A stretch of 64,000 nucleotides of DNA from Eledone cirrhosa (GCA_964016885.1 OZ024741.1:290222001-290286000); one strand, 5' to 3'. Counted from the stretch's first letter, positions 1 through 13,791 are shown. Translations and numbers: made by a program. The notes: generated by a model from the sequence alone, not told the origin.

Positions 1-29
1 TAACCACTACTACTGCTACTGTTTGCTAG

Positions 30-235
30 AACCGGAAGAGATGTCGGACCATATGCTTTACGGCATAGAGTTATGACCCTTTACGTTCTGTGTTCGAATC
101 CCGACAAGATTAGCTTTGCCTTTCATGCTTACGGGATCGAGAAATAAAGTACTAGTCACGCTCTGGAGTCGATTTAACCGACTTCCCCCACCTCCAAAAA
201 TTGTTTGCCTTGTGCCAAAAGTAGAAACAATTTTT
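30..235 (+). mobile_element. tRNA-derived SINE, family A (long-tail variant, diverged)
   Basis: B-box-like GTTCGAATCCC, central TTTGCCTTTCATGCTTACGGGATCGAGAAATAAAGTAC, tail GCCTTGTGCCAAAAGTAGAAACAATT; the same layout recurs about 20 times in the window. Confidence 0.8.
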
Positions 236-307
236 ATTAGTATTGTAAAGTACCAGTAATGCACTGGGATAATTGCTGGCCTTGCGCCAAAAGTAGAAAC
301 AATTATT

Positions 308-470
308 TTGCAGCAAAGAGTTACGGCCCTTTATGGTCTGAGTTCAAATCCCGCCGAGGTTAACTTTGCCTTTCATCCTTACGGGGTCGATAAAATAAAG
401 TACCAGTAATACACTGGCATAATTGCTGACCTTGTGCCAAAAGTAGAAACAATTATTATTATTATTATTA
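308..470 (+). mobile_element. SINE family A, 5'-truncated, with (ATT)n tail
   Basis: GAGTTCAAATCCCGCCGAGGTTAACTTTGCCTTTCATCCTTACGGGGTCGATAAAATAAAGTACCAG...AGAAACAATTATTATT. Confidence 0.85.
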
Positions 471-3400
471 TTGTTGTTCTTTGAGTTTCAGACATTGATG
501 TTAGATAACTGGAAAGTTTGTTGAAATGAATAGCCACTACCTGCAGCCTCAGATATTCAGGACGTATCGGAGGGTTCTTGCTGTTCCCAGTAAACATGCC
601 TTTGAAGTGTTCCAAAAAGCGGGGCGGGACCAATTTTCTTTAACGATCCTTGGAAACTTTTTGAGATAGTACCTAGTGCGTCTATGACAATCGGGACCAC
701 TTTGACTTCATGGCAGTTCCAAATCCTTTTTACCTCCCACTTTAAGTCCTGGTATCGGTTAATTTTCTCCTTCTCCTTCTCTTGCACTCTCGTGTCGAAT
801 GGGCAGGCTACATCCACAATCAGGCACGATCTTTTTTCCTTGTCCAAAACCGCCAGGTCAGGTCTACTGTGTTCCAGTATCTTGTCCGTCTGTATCCTAA
901 AATCCCATAACACCTTCACTTGATCGTTTTCTATCACCGACTCTGGCTTATGCTCATACCACTACTCAGAATGGGGTAAATTGTTTACTTTGCATAGGTG
1001 CCAGTGGATCACCCTGCCCATCACATCATGTCTCCAGCCTTTATAGTGAGTCTAGGATAGGTGTTTACACTCGGATACAATGTGAGCCACAGTCTCCTCT
1101 CTCTCTCTCTCCACAGATCCTACACAGTGGGCTAGCCTCCTCCTTGTAAATATGGCGTTTCACCCACTTCGTTTTGAGGGCCTGCTCTTGCACAGCCATT
1201 AGCATTCTTTCTGTAGCCTTTTTAAGGTCTCCTCTTTTCAACCAGTTCCATGTCTGTGGATCTCTAAATTCAGTTTTCTCAAAGAAGGTACTATGAAGGG
1301 ATTTTTCATGAAGGTTGCTCTTTCTCCTTGTTGTTATTTCCTCCTTGGACATCCCCTGGTCTATTGTCCTCTCCTTCAGTACAATTCTGAGCATTGGCTC
1401 CCTACTATCAGTCACGTATTTGTGTAGGTTGTTTTTCTCTATCTGAACACAGTCCTCTATGCTGATAAGATCTCTTCCACCTTCAGATCTCCTTAAGTAG
1501 AGTCTATTGACATCACTCTTCTTGTGGAACAAAAGCTTCCTAGTCTTCCTATCCATTTTTTTTTTGTTCAGCAACATTCCATCTCAGAATTCCCGCACTG
1601 TACCTAATAATAGACACAGCTCGGGAATTTACTGCACTTATGACATTCCTACTGTTCAGATGTGATTTTAATACGCTCCTTACTCTCCGAATGTATTCAG
1701 ATCTTATCAATTCCTTCATTTTTTTTGTTCTTGATATCATCAGCCTCCAGAACACCTAAATATTTTATCCTTCTTCAGTATCAATTTCCTTTATCATCTC
1801 ACCTGTTGGTACCTGGATTCCGTTGCTTCTGCTCAATTTACCCCTCTTCATCACAAGGACTCCACACTTACTAATACCAAATTGCATACATATATCATTG
1901 CTGAAAATACGGACAGTGTCAACAAGCACATCCAACTCTTTCTCACTCTTCCCGAAGAGCTTAAGATCGTCCATGAAGAGGAGGTGATTGATGGTAAGCT
2001 CTCCCTTTCCCAACTTGTATCCTGCTCTCACTTTTCGCAGTATAATGGTCAGGGGGATCAGGGAAAGGACAAACAACAGAGGGGACAAACTATCTCCCTG
2101 GAAGATACCTCTCTTGATCTTCACGCCTCCCAAGGATTCTCCGCCCGATGTTAACTCTGTTTTCCACGACTTCATACTTTTGCTCAACAACTGTCTGATG
2201 TTATCTGCCACCTTGAAGATCTCTAGGCTTTTGGTTATCCAAGAATGAGGTACCATGTCGAATGCCTTTTTGTAGTCTATCCATCCCATGGCAAGACCAG
2301 TGTGTCTCCTCTTGCAATTCCTCATTACCATCTTATCAATAAGTAACTGGTCCTTTGTACCACGAGACTTCTTTCGGCATCCTTTCTGTTCGTCCGGTAA
2401 CAAGTTGTTTATGTGGAGGTGATGGTAGATTTCCTCAGACACTATACTTGTCAACAGTTTCCACATTACGGACAGACATGTGATAGGTCTATAGTTGGTA
2501 ACATCATTACCCTGATTCGGTCTTTCATTACCAGAACTGTGGTACCTTTTGTCAACCACTCTGGTACCTCACCTGACATCAAGCAGTCATTGAACATGGT
2601 TGTCAGTTTCGGGTGGAGGGATGTTATATTTTTAATCCAATACCCCTGCACACCATCTGGGCCTGGTGATTTCCAGTTGGTTAGTTTTTTGGCCTGCCCC
2701 TTAAGAGTTTCAACTGTGATACTCAAATCAGTTTGTTGGTGTGCCTGTTCACTAATCTCATTTTGTACTGTCTCAATCCATACTGCCTGGTCATTATGTT
2801 TAACATCCTGCTCCCATATTCCTCTCCAGAATGTCTTAGTTTGTTCCGCCTCATGGATCAAGTCGTTGCCTCTTTCTTTGCCTTCAAGCTGTCCAAACAG
2901 CATCTTCTGGTTGTTGTCAAACATGCGGTTCTGTCTATACTGACTGACTCTGCTCTCGTATCGCCTAATTTTTGCACTCTTTGCTACAATGCGTTGCTTC
3001 AGTTCCTCTATGATAATATTTAGCTTTTTCCTCCTAGTTTTGTACTTTATTTCCAGTCTATTTTTAGTGTCTATGTTTTTTAGTGTCCCATTCAGTAGGC
3101 ACTCAAGCTTTCCAATGTCATTTCTCATTTCCCTGATTTGACCATTCAGTCGTTTCTTCCACCAAGGTTCTGATCTTTCTTGTTTGTTGTTTCCTCTCGC
3201 TTTTATGCCAAGTAATTTCCTCACCGCATTTGCTGTTGCTTTGAGGATATTGTTGCACTGGTGAAGGCTCCTCACCTCAAGGTATGGGATGACTTTGTTT
3301 ACCTTAGATGTTGTTTCTTTTAACTTTTTCCTGTCTACAAATCTTAGGTTCATAGGTTTCCCACTATCATTGTTCAATTCATCTACCACTAAGTTTAGGA

Positions 3401-4010
3401 TATCAACCAAATCTTGTCCTAGCCCGTCAGCATTCATCTCCTCAATGCCAGTATCTTTGTTCCAGGTATTATTTATTTCAGCATTCAGATCATTGTCTGC
3501 TTCGGATGGTTCCTCCGTTCTCTCAACCTCTTCACCTTCATTTCCCACTGACTCGTTTGCCTGGCATACTCCACTCTCCATTTCCAACCTAATCTCTCTG
3601 CTCAGTTCCTCCAGTTCCAGCTCGCTTATCCACCCATTAGTTCTTATTACTCGAGCCTGCCCGGCCAATTTTTGTTCATCTAATTTAAATAAATCAATCT
3701 CGTTCCAGATGTTATGCATCCGTTTCCTATAGCCTTTTTCCTTGGGGTTACTCTTCAGGTGACATTGCATAACAGTTCTATTCAATTCTTTCGTCCAGTT
3801 GGTTCTGGTCCCTTTCCTTCTTCTTCTTCCTCCGACACTAGCAGTATTTGGTTCACAGCCAGGTCCCTGCTGCTGAGCCAGGGAGCACCTGCTGGGTGAG
3901 AGTCTGTCACATGACATTCCAGTCTCCACTTCACCGTTATTCGAACTGTTTAGGTTCGACATGTAAACACTCTTATCGAGGATTGGTGAATGTATGGTTA
4001 CATGACTACC
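452..4010 (-). mobile_element. R4/Dong-type non-LTR retrotransposon (RT plus C-terminal restriction-like endonuclease), near full length, degenerate
   Basis: Collinear minus-strand ORF pieces: [65 protein letters not shown] zinc knuckle, RPDLAVLD..LIVDVACPFD..EKINRYQDL; (TAA)n 3' tail at 452-472; 5' boundary approximate. Confidence 0.9.
557..3962 (-). pseudogene. Frameshifted single-ORF RT/zinc-knuckle/REL polyprotein of the R4/Dong-type LINE
   Basis: ORF track pieces 2466-3962, 1765-2559, 1549-1755, 1065-1577 and 557-937 join by frameshifts (including a poly-T run near 1560 and a (CT)n slip near 1100). Confidence 0.9.
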
Positions 4011-4358
4011 GGTGATTTCATCACCTCCGATGATTTCATCACCCCCGGTGATTTTAGTGTGGCACTATCACGCTGTAGACGAACATAAATAAACAAACAA
4101 ATAGGTAAAAAAAAAAAAAAAGAATAAGCATAAGTTTCATTGTAATGTAATGTTTGAATGTCTGACTTAGTTTTTTTCCCCCTTCTCTGTCTGTCTGTTT
4201 GTTTTTCTTTTCATTTTTCTTTTCTTTACGATTTTCGTTGCTGCTGTGCTGTTTTGATTTTGATTTTTGGTTTTTTGATTTTTTGACCGGGTCATCAAAT
4301 CAGTCTATTTATATCTTTTGATGCCTTCCTCTTTTAGTGGGGGTACTACGATGCATGT

Positions 4359-4505
4359 CTTAGCAGGAGGTAGCGGGAGAGAATAGCGGCGGTAGCGATA
4401 ATGAGGCAGTGGTGGTGGTGGTGCTGGTGCTGTGCTAGTAGTACTTAGCAGGAGGTAGTGGGAGAGAATAGCGGCGGTAGCGATAAGGAGGCAGTGGTGG
4501 TGGTG
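4359..4505. repeat. About 85-bp direct tandem duplication in a GGT-rich tract
   Basis: CTTAGCAGGAGGTAG(C/T)GGGAGAGAATAGCGGCGGTAGCGATAA at about 4359 and 4444. Confidence 0.8.
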
Positions 4506-4884
4506 ATGTGATCGTAGTACTGTAGTGATGATGGTGTTGAAGTTGAAGTAGAAATAGAAGTTGAGGTAACTTGACTAGAGTTTTTGGCGTGGTAGTGGTG
4601 ATGGTGGCGGTGGTGGTGTTGGTGGTGAAATTATTTAGCCATTTTGCCATTTTCCTCTTTTTCGACTATAACATTTCTGATCCAAAATTAAATATTAAAT
4701 ATTGGGGCCCTATGCCGTAAAGTGATGCGTTGTGGCTTGCTGAGCGTAAAAGTGTAATCTTATACGTCATTTGTAATAAGAATTATTCTATCACAGTTGT
4801 TTTAAATAAGTAAAAATCAAAAACTTACGGGAGCGATTCCATAACGATATATATCCACCATGTGCGTTTTCTTCCATTATTCTT

Positions 4885-6155
4885 ATTCTTAGTGGAACGG
4901 CTCCTCTTCAAATTCTCCTGGAGGGGATAAGTTCCGTTGGTGAGGCGGTCCATCTGCTGCCAGCACCCTCTACGCGGAGGGCTGGGCATGCCGTGGCTAA
5001 TGATGCGCAGACATGCGTTGTGGCTGCGACATCTCCAGATATTCTGCCTCAACGGTGAACAGGTGTGGTCGCCGTTTATCAGACGGGCCTTTCCGCAGCT
5101 CATTTCTTTGACTGAGCTGCAGTACTGGATCAAGAAGAGACCGAGACTGGGTGACTGGCACCTAGAATGTTGCCAGGCACTCACTGCCCTCTACCAAGCG
5201 GGCAATGCGATCAGTGGAACTTCCACTCTCGAGTTCTATAGAGGATTAGTGGTGGGCAAGAGCGATGACGCACTCGGAGAAGCTTTGGGCCTCGACGAAG
5301 TCGAACTGACCAGTCTGTACCGGAGGACTTTTGAGCCGAGGACGATGGACAATTTCCAGAAATCCCTCACTTGGCAGTGCTACCGGGGGGCACTGCCGGT
5401 TCGGGATAAACTCTACAGGCACGGAAGTGCTGTCAGACGGACCTGCCCAAGATGCGCACAAAACGACGAAAACGTTCTGCACGCACTTGTCCAATGTCCG
5501 TGCATTACTGACTTGTGGAGTTATGTCGAACAGCTACTGTCGCGTGTGGAACGAATCCGGCTATCGGCCGAGTCCATAGTGAAGATCGATCCACCGCCTT
5601 CCTTAGGTCAGGAAGAGCAGGAAATTTTCCTCTGTCTGATGGCAGTTGCGAAAGAAATTATATGGTGGACCAGGTTGAAAGGACTAAAGACAGACAATTT
5701 TCTCTTCGGCCAATCCCTCATCAACTTCTTTAAGTTTCACCTGGAAAGGAAGGTGAGGGTGGAGAGAGAAGTGCTGACCCCAGTACATTTGCTAAAAGGT
5801 GGGTAAATGTGGCGAGAATGGCTCGTGTGAATGGGCCTACTCTGACCATGCGCCTATAGGCTAGCTAACTTGAGGAGAGGGGTGCTCTCCCTGGGTGCCC
5901 TAGAAGCGCAGGGTGGTTCAGGATTGGTGAGGTACCCGAGTCACCCCAGGGTCGTCCACCCACTATCGGGGAATTTATTTTGTTATATTTATGCATAGTT
6001 TATTTTATATTTTTATATTTTCATTGTTAAATTAGTCTTGCCATTGTGCACTTTTACTCCACCTTATTGTAAACCCCCACTGTCCCTGTCTTTGTATTGT
6101 CCCCTACATGTCGGCCCTTGTGGCTAATAAATGAAATCATTATTATTATTATTAT

Positions 6156-6157
<2 letters not shown>
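4885..6157 (+). mobile_element. Tx1/L1-clade LINE, 5'-truncated (post-RT region, zinc finger, 3'UTR, (ATT)n tail)
   Basis: LLFKFSWRG*VPLVRRSICCQHPLRGGLGMP thumb-type motif, W...GALPVRDKL, CPRC..DENVLHALVQCP (zf-RVT-type CCHC); AATAAA then (ATT)n at 6140-6157. Confidence 0.85.
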
Positions 6158-6198
<41 letters not shown>

Positions 6199-6202
6199 TG
6201 TT

Positions 6203-6258
<56 letters not shown>
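6157..6258. repeat. (AGT)n microsatellite
   Basis: Direct reading. Confidence 0.95.
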
Positions 6259-6259
<1 letters not shown>

Positions 6260-7614
6260 AGTTTGTAATTATTCCATCTTAATTTTCGGCAATTATCTTA
6301 ACGAGTCATATGATGAATTTCGCTAATAGTGCATTGATTCTGTCACGTAATATTGACACACACGCACACACACATTCAGAAACACACACGTATATGAGCT
6401 AACTGTGGTTAACTAAGAAATTGTGATTAAAATTTCACCTGTAATGGAAAAAAAATAAATCATGACTGTCTAGACAACTTATTCTGAAAGATGAATATAT
6501 ATGAACGAAACAACACTTCATCTTCAGAATTTGAAAATACGTCAGCCGTTATTATTACAAGTCAACTTTCTGTTTGATCTTATGATAGTTGACACTATAG
6601 AGTCTATAGATCAAACATAGTCTAATTTGCATTGTTTATATTTTCAAAAAAATGTTGATCAATGTATCTTGATGTAGTTAACTCCCTTATGTTGTTCTGT
6701 ATATGTTAAACGCACACGAATGAAGTTTCTGTCGTATTAACTTCTTGGTATATCAACGTTATTCAGCTTACTATATTACGTACCAATCCAGGTGAGTTGG
6801 ATTTGCGGAATCGTTAAAAATGAGACCCAAGGAATATTTTGCCTTATCGGTTACCGATGCGTGCATTCTGAGTTCAAATCTCATTATCAGTAATCAGTAA
6901 GGCATTCTGCCTAGAATTACGACTGATAGATAATATAGTGCGTCTCCAGCAGACTGGCCTCCTGTTGGGAGTAATCGACCTTTAAAAGTGATCATGAAGA
7001 TTCTCAAACACCACGGGGAGATGTTCATAACATTTCTTACTCTGCTCTAAGCAGAAATAACGAGTAAAAAAATACATGTGACGCCTAACCGTATTTGTAT
7101 ATAACTTGCAGAACACTCCTCTGAATTACTCCTGCCAGTCATACTTATGACAAAAAAGAACGAATGAGTTCAGTTTACCCAATTCCTCAAACGAATTTTT
7201 CCTTTGCCCTACTCATACTAATTTCATTTTACTCCTCTCCTTCTCTTACATCATCAACGTATTTTCTAAGCTCTTTTGTTTCTGCCCCCCTCCCCCCACC
7301 TCTCTCTCTTCCTCTTTCTCTTTCCTGCTTCCGTATTTCATAACACACATCCTTTAAATTTTCTTCTGATTTGCAATCCCCATATTTCCAACTCCCCTTT
7401 CTATCCCGTCTATGTTATTTCTTGCTATCATAAACCTTGGTGATCTTTAGAGCCCTACAAGCCCTCCATGTGCTAGAAGGCTGCATTGGATTATGTAGTC
7501 GTACTACATCTTAACAAATTATGGAAAATACTACATCTTAACAAATTATGGAACGCCTTTGATTATATGTAGCCAGGCCTGTTTAGGCTAATCTGTGATT
7601 AAACAATAACAATG

Positions 7615-7806
7615 ATATTTGTTTCTACTTTTGGCACAAGGCCAGCAATTACCCAGTGCATTACTGGTACTTTATTTGATCGACCCCGTAAGGATGAAAG
7701 GCAAAGTTAACCTCGGCAGGATTTTAACTCAGATCATAAAGGGACGTAACTCTATGCTTCAAAGCATGGCGTCCGACTCTCTGCCGATACTGCCAATCCA
7801 CCGCCC
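7615..7806 (-). mobile_element. SINE family A, full length
   Basis: Reverse complement of GGCGGTGGATTGGCAGTATCGG...GGCCTTGTGCCAAAAGTAGAAAC. Confidence 0.85.
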
Positions 7807-8397
7807 TTTATATAACAATTATAATGGTTTCTAACATAGGCAGAAGATTAGAAATTTTAAGGCAAATTTTTGGTCAACTTGACCCCAGACTGATACTTTA
7901 GTTTATAGACATCGGAGATATGAATGGCAAAGGTAAACTTGGCAGGAAATTCCCCAGTAACAATAACAATGCTTTCTAAATTTGGAACAATTCCTGTAAT
8001 TTTAAGGGGAAGAAAATGTCGATGATATAGATTTAAAGGTTCAAAAAGCTGAAAGGTAAAATTGACCTCGGCGGGATTTGAACTCAGAAGGTAAAGAACC
8101 ACGAGTAAATGCTGGAAAGTATTTTGTTTGCTGCTCTAACGATTCTACAAAATCTTACCCTGTAGAATTACTTTTTATCACTGGCTAGCAATTCGAGGGA
8201 AGGGGAAATCGGTTATATCGAACCAAGTTCTTTACTAGTACCTTTTGTATTACCGGCCCCGGAAGGGTGAAATGCGAAGTTAACCTCAGTGAGATCTTAT
8301 CTCAAAACGTAGAGAGCGATAACTAGATATTGCAAATCATTTTATCTGAAGCTTTCCTGACTCGACTAAACCACCGCTTTTACAATAACAAAAATAT

Positions 8398-8610
8398 TGA
8401 TTTCTTGTATAGGCAGAAGGTCAGCAATTTTGGGGGAGGGGAAAGTCGATTAAACCGACCCCAGTGTGTAACTGGTACTTTATTTTATTGACCACGTAAA
8501 TCCTTACGAAAGGCAAAGTTAACCTCGGCGAGATTTGAACTCAGATCATAAAGGGCCGTAACTCTATGCTGCAAAGCATGGCGTCCGACCCTCTACCGAT
8601 ACTGCCAATC
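8398..8610 (-). mobile_element. SINE family A, long-tail variant
   Basis: Same head and core, with an extra GGGGTCGGTTTAATCGACTTTCCCCTCCCC segment before the tail. Confidence 0.8.
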
Positions 8611-8879
8611 TTGACATCAACAAACTTCTAACTCTTATTTTCTATAACTCATTCCATTCCTCTTCCCATTCCTCTCATACTACCATACTTACCTCTTTAC
8701 CGTTCTCCTTTTTATCATTTTACTCACTATTAGTTGTCATTGTCGCTGTCTTATTTCTCACAATTTCTCTCTCTCTCTCTCTCTATAATTTCATACCAAC
8801 CAAATCTCTCTTTATAAATGTCCAACAAACTTCTCACAAAAAACATTACACTCTACTCGTATTTCTATTAACTTCTGCA

Positions 8880-10100
<1,221 letters not shown>

Positions 10101-10521
10101 TAGCCACACACTAAAACAGTCACACACTGACGAAGAAAAGCAAGGCCACCTGGGAGACGCCCATAACAATTTTGGAGTGAATAGTTGGGGAATGAATCCT
10201 AGAAAAGATACACATACAGTCAGAATTCTCTAGAATATTTCTGAAGTAGCGGTTCATGGACTGGAATAAAGTTTCGGTATTTTCAGCTAAGATTGTCATA
10301 AGGGTGCTGTAAAATGGTTTAAGAATTTTTCTTTCTGTATTTTCTGTATTTCGCTTTCGAGTCGTTTCATTTAGTGTTTGGGTATTTAGAATGTTACATT
10401 CTTATTGAAGGTATTTGTTTAATTTTAGTATTTTTCATTTTTGTCTTCCATTTTTACGTTAGAGTATTGGGTACAATTCAAGAAAGTTAATATTTGGTTA
10501 TTGATGAATGGTAGTAAGTAT

Positions 10522-10553
<32 letters not shown>

Positions 10554-10610
10554 CACACAAGTACACACACATACACATACGCACGCACACACAAACATAC
10601 ACACCCACAT

Positions 10611-10646
<36 letters not shown>

Positions 10647-10758
10647 GCTTATACATACATCATACAAGAAGAAGAAGAAGAAGAAGCAGAAGAAGAAGAA
10701 GATATGGTCATTCCATGAGAGTGTCTTGGAGAGCCTATGAATTTTTCCGCCAACGTTC

Positions 10759-10806
<48 letters not shown>

Positions 10807-10818
10807 AATATATATATA

Positions 10819-10948
10819 TCACGAAGGAAGTGTGGTAAGAAACCAGGTGGACCATAACGCACCAGAGTACTCAATACTTAGGGTAGTGGGTTATATGAAA
10901 ATGTTCAAGATCCCGACGGCAGAGATCTGCCGTCGGGATCTTGAACAT

Positions 10949-10957
<9 letters not shown>
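10819..10957 (-). mobile_element. Minimal Penelope-like insertion (3' tail plus perfect fold-back)
   Basis: 10819-10890 is the reverse complement of the element tail at 13227-13303; perfect palindrome 10892-10957; flanked by (TA)n. Confidence 0.7.
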
Positions 10958-11011
<54 letters not shown>

Positions 11012-11102
11012 TGGTGGTAACACACTGTTGTGTAACCACTTCTACCTAACTCGCCCCATGGACTGAGTACTCTACCACTACAGATATTACCTCCCAGTGT
11101 TC

Positions 11103-11256
<154 letters not shown>

Positions 11257-11549
11257 AACGAGTAGGACCCCGACGGCTGAGCTCACGCCGTTTCAACGGC
11301 TAATTCTGGACTAAATGAACATTTTTATCCTGGTATATGAATAGCCGAGCTTCTCAGGGGGTAATTCCATATATGGTAAAAGTGATTGTCACAAGGATTG
11401 GTCAAAAGTTTGTTGTTGAGACACATAATTCTATCATGGCAATTTGTGGAAGGAAGGGGTAGCTGAACCTGCCAGTAGAAGAAAGAGGGAGAGGGAGTGG
11501 TGGAAACCCAGTCGTGCGTTGATAGTGCCAACTACAGCAGGGCAGGAGG

Positions 11550-11990
11550 TGCAACTGTCTTGATGGATCCATTTGCCCCCTCGACAATAGATGCAGAGAT
11601 CGTAATGTGATCTACCAGTGCAACGTGAGGACGGACACCTCTAACAAAGCTTATAAAGGATTAACCGCATGTGACTTCAAGATCCGGCTATACCAACACA
11701 GACATACTTTCCGAAACCCGGCCCGGCGTCACGCCACCACACTTTCGGGCCACATCTAGGACCTCAAAGATAACAATATTACCTATGATCTCACTTGGAG
11801 CTTACTGTCCAGAGCCAACTCTTACACGGGAGGACACCGTCCGTGCGATTTATGCTCGGAGGAAACTTTACAAATGCTGTTTTCGACGGACCAACTCCTA
11901 AACAAGAAAGACGAACTGGTAACTGCATGCAAACACAGATTGCGTAGGACTTACCTCGCCCTCAATCCCCATAATGACCCAGGGGGTTAG
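11550..11990 (+). pseudogene. C-terminal GIY-YIG endonuclease of a Penelope-like element (frame not in the ORF track)
   Basis: Manual translation: CNCLDGSICPLDNRCRDRNVIYQCNVRTDTSNKAYKGLTACDFKIRLYQHRHTFRNPARRHATTLSGHI*DLKDNNITYDLTWSLL...CDLCSEE...LLNKKDELVTACKH; one TAG at 11757. Confidence 0.85.
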
Positions 11991-13115
11991 ACAAGGGCTG
12001 TAACACCCCACTTGCCGACTTTGTAATGGGTAACCCCTGCTTGCAAAGGTAGACGTAAGATCTTTTATATCTTTTTATCGTTTCCTCTATATTTCCTTCT
12101 TACCCCCATCCCTTCCTAGTCCTTCCACCCCAGTCCTTCTTTGTCGTCGTCCTTTTCACTTTCTCGCCCACCCGAGGCAGCCCCTCGGTCCTTTGTAGCC
12201 TCAGTACCCCCACCCCCATCCCCTATTCTATGATAGAATTGGCTGACTCCGCTGTTTATAGCAGATATGATAGACCCCAGATACTTGCTTTCTTATCCGA
12301 TGGCTGCCCCATTTCCGTGCTTTCTACATTTCTTAGTGGTATCTCTGCTTTAATTTCTCGTATATCAGTATTTTTTTTTGGGGGGGGGGGGATTCTGAAT
12401 TAATTTTCCGTAGCAAATTTTTCATATACTTCGTACGAGCATTTATGTAGTTTACACTAGAATTTTTTGTATCGTAGCGGCACCCTTAGAGATAGTATTA
12501 GTATTCATTTTCGGGATTCTGAATTATTATTTCGTATTAGTTTATTTTTTGCACTGGGTGGTTGCTGGCCTTGTGCCTAGGGTAGAAACAATTATTTCGT
12601 ATTAGTTTTGGGACTCTGAATTATTATTTCGTGGTAGTTTCTTTAGTATATTGGCCCTCCACTTGTTGACCTGTCACCGTAAGGTATACTCGGTTGATTA
12701 CTACTAACTCTTAAAATGGTCTCACTACAATTCCGTCCCATCCAGTAAACTTTTCTATAGTTTACCAGTACCAGTGAGAGACTTGATGACTGTGGTTAGG
12801 GAATAGTAACCAGAAATTGTTTTTTTATATTTTTAACATTCTTGGTATTCTTCTATATATTTACTCCATATTGATTTACTTATTGTTTCGACTTCCACCC
12901 CCTCCCTCTCCCTAGTATACTTGCTTGACCTCCTGCCCTGCTGTAGTTGGCACTATCAACGCACGACTGGGTTTCCCCCACTCCCTCTCCCTCTTTCTTC
13001 TACTGTCAGGTTCAGCTTCCTCTTCCTTCGACAAATTGCCATGATAGAATTATGTGTCTCAACAACAAACTTTTGACCAATCCTTGTGACAATCACTTTT
13101 ACCATATATGGAATT

Positions 13116-13211
13116 ACCTCCTGAGAAGCTCGGCTATTCATATACCAGGATAAAAATGTTCATTTAGTCCAGAATTAGCCGTTGAAACGGCGTGAGCTCA
13201 GCCGTCGGGGT
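13116..13211 (+). ncRNA. Hammerhead-like fold in the pseudo-LTR (long stem II, atypical core); inverted copy at 11267-11362
   Basis: ACC(T/C)C-CTGAGAA-gctCGGCTA...TAGCCGtt-GAAA-CGGC(G)TGAGCTCAGCC-GTC-GGGGT. Confidence 0.6.
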
Positions 13212-13527
13212 CCTACTCGTTCCTATTACCCACTTTACTACCCTAAGTATTGAGTACTTTGGTGCGTTATGGTCCACCTGGTTCCTTACCACATTTCCTT
13301 CGTTATATATATATATATATATATAAGTATATATAAGAACAAAGTGGAGGTGTTACATAGCAGTACATAGGTGTTACATTGCTCAATCCTGGTTACAAAT
13401 GTTTCTCAAGCAGCCGACTCATGATCTGAGTTGACACCCCAGACCAGACACCAAGTCTGCCTGATCCACAGACCAGTGTTAACACCACAAACATCATACC
13501 AGTTTTCTTCGGGCTTATTGAACTTTG

Positions 13528-13616
<89 letters not shown>

Positions 13617-13791
13617 TGTAACGTCCAGTTACTGTAGGTTCACCAGAGTGAGCACTCTGTCATTAGCACAACAGAGGCTCGAAGAGCTTTTGATTCCAGT
13701 GTCGGGCTAGATCGATACAGATCGAAACTATTTATGATCAATAGCGAAACGGGTGTCACTACTCAATAAAAGTAAAGAAGACATGACAATT

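Noticed and set aside
11757-11759. In-frame stop in the Penelope endonuclease as possible selenocysteine recoding
   Set aside because: The codon is TAG at an expected Trp position, not TGA at a Cys position; ordinary nonsense decay
13325-13525. Minus-strand CCGAAGA ... GAAACATTTGTA as another long-stem hammerhead
   Set aside because: Stem I does not pair and stem II closure is unconvincing
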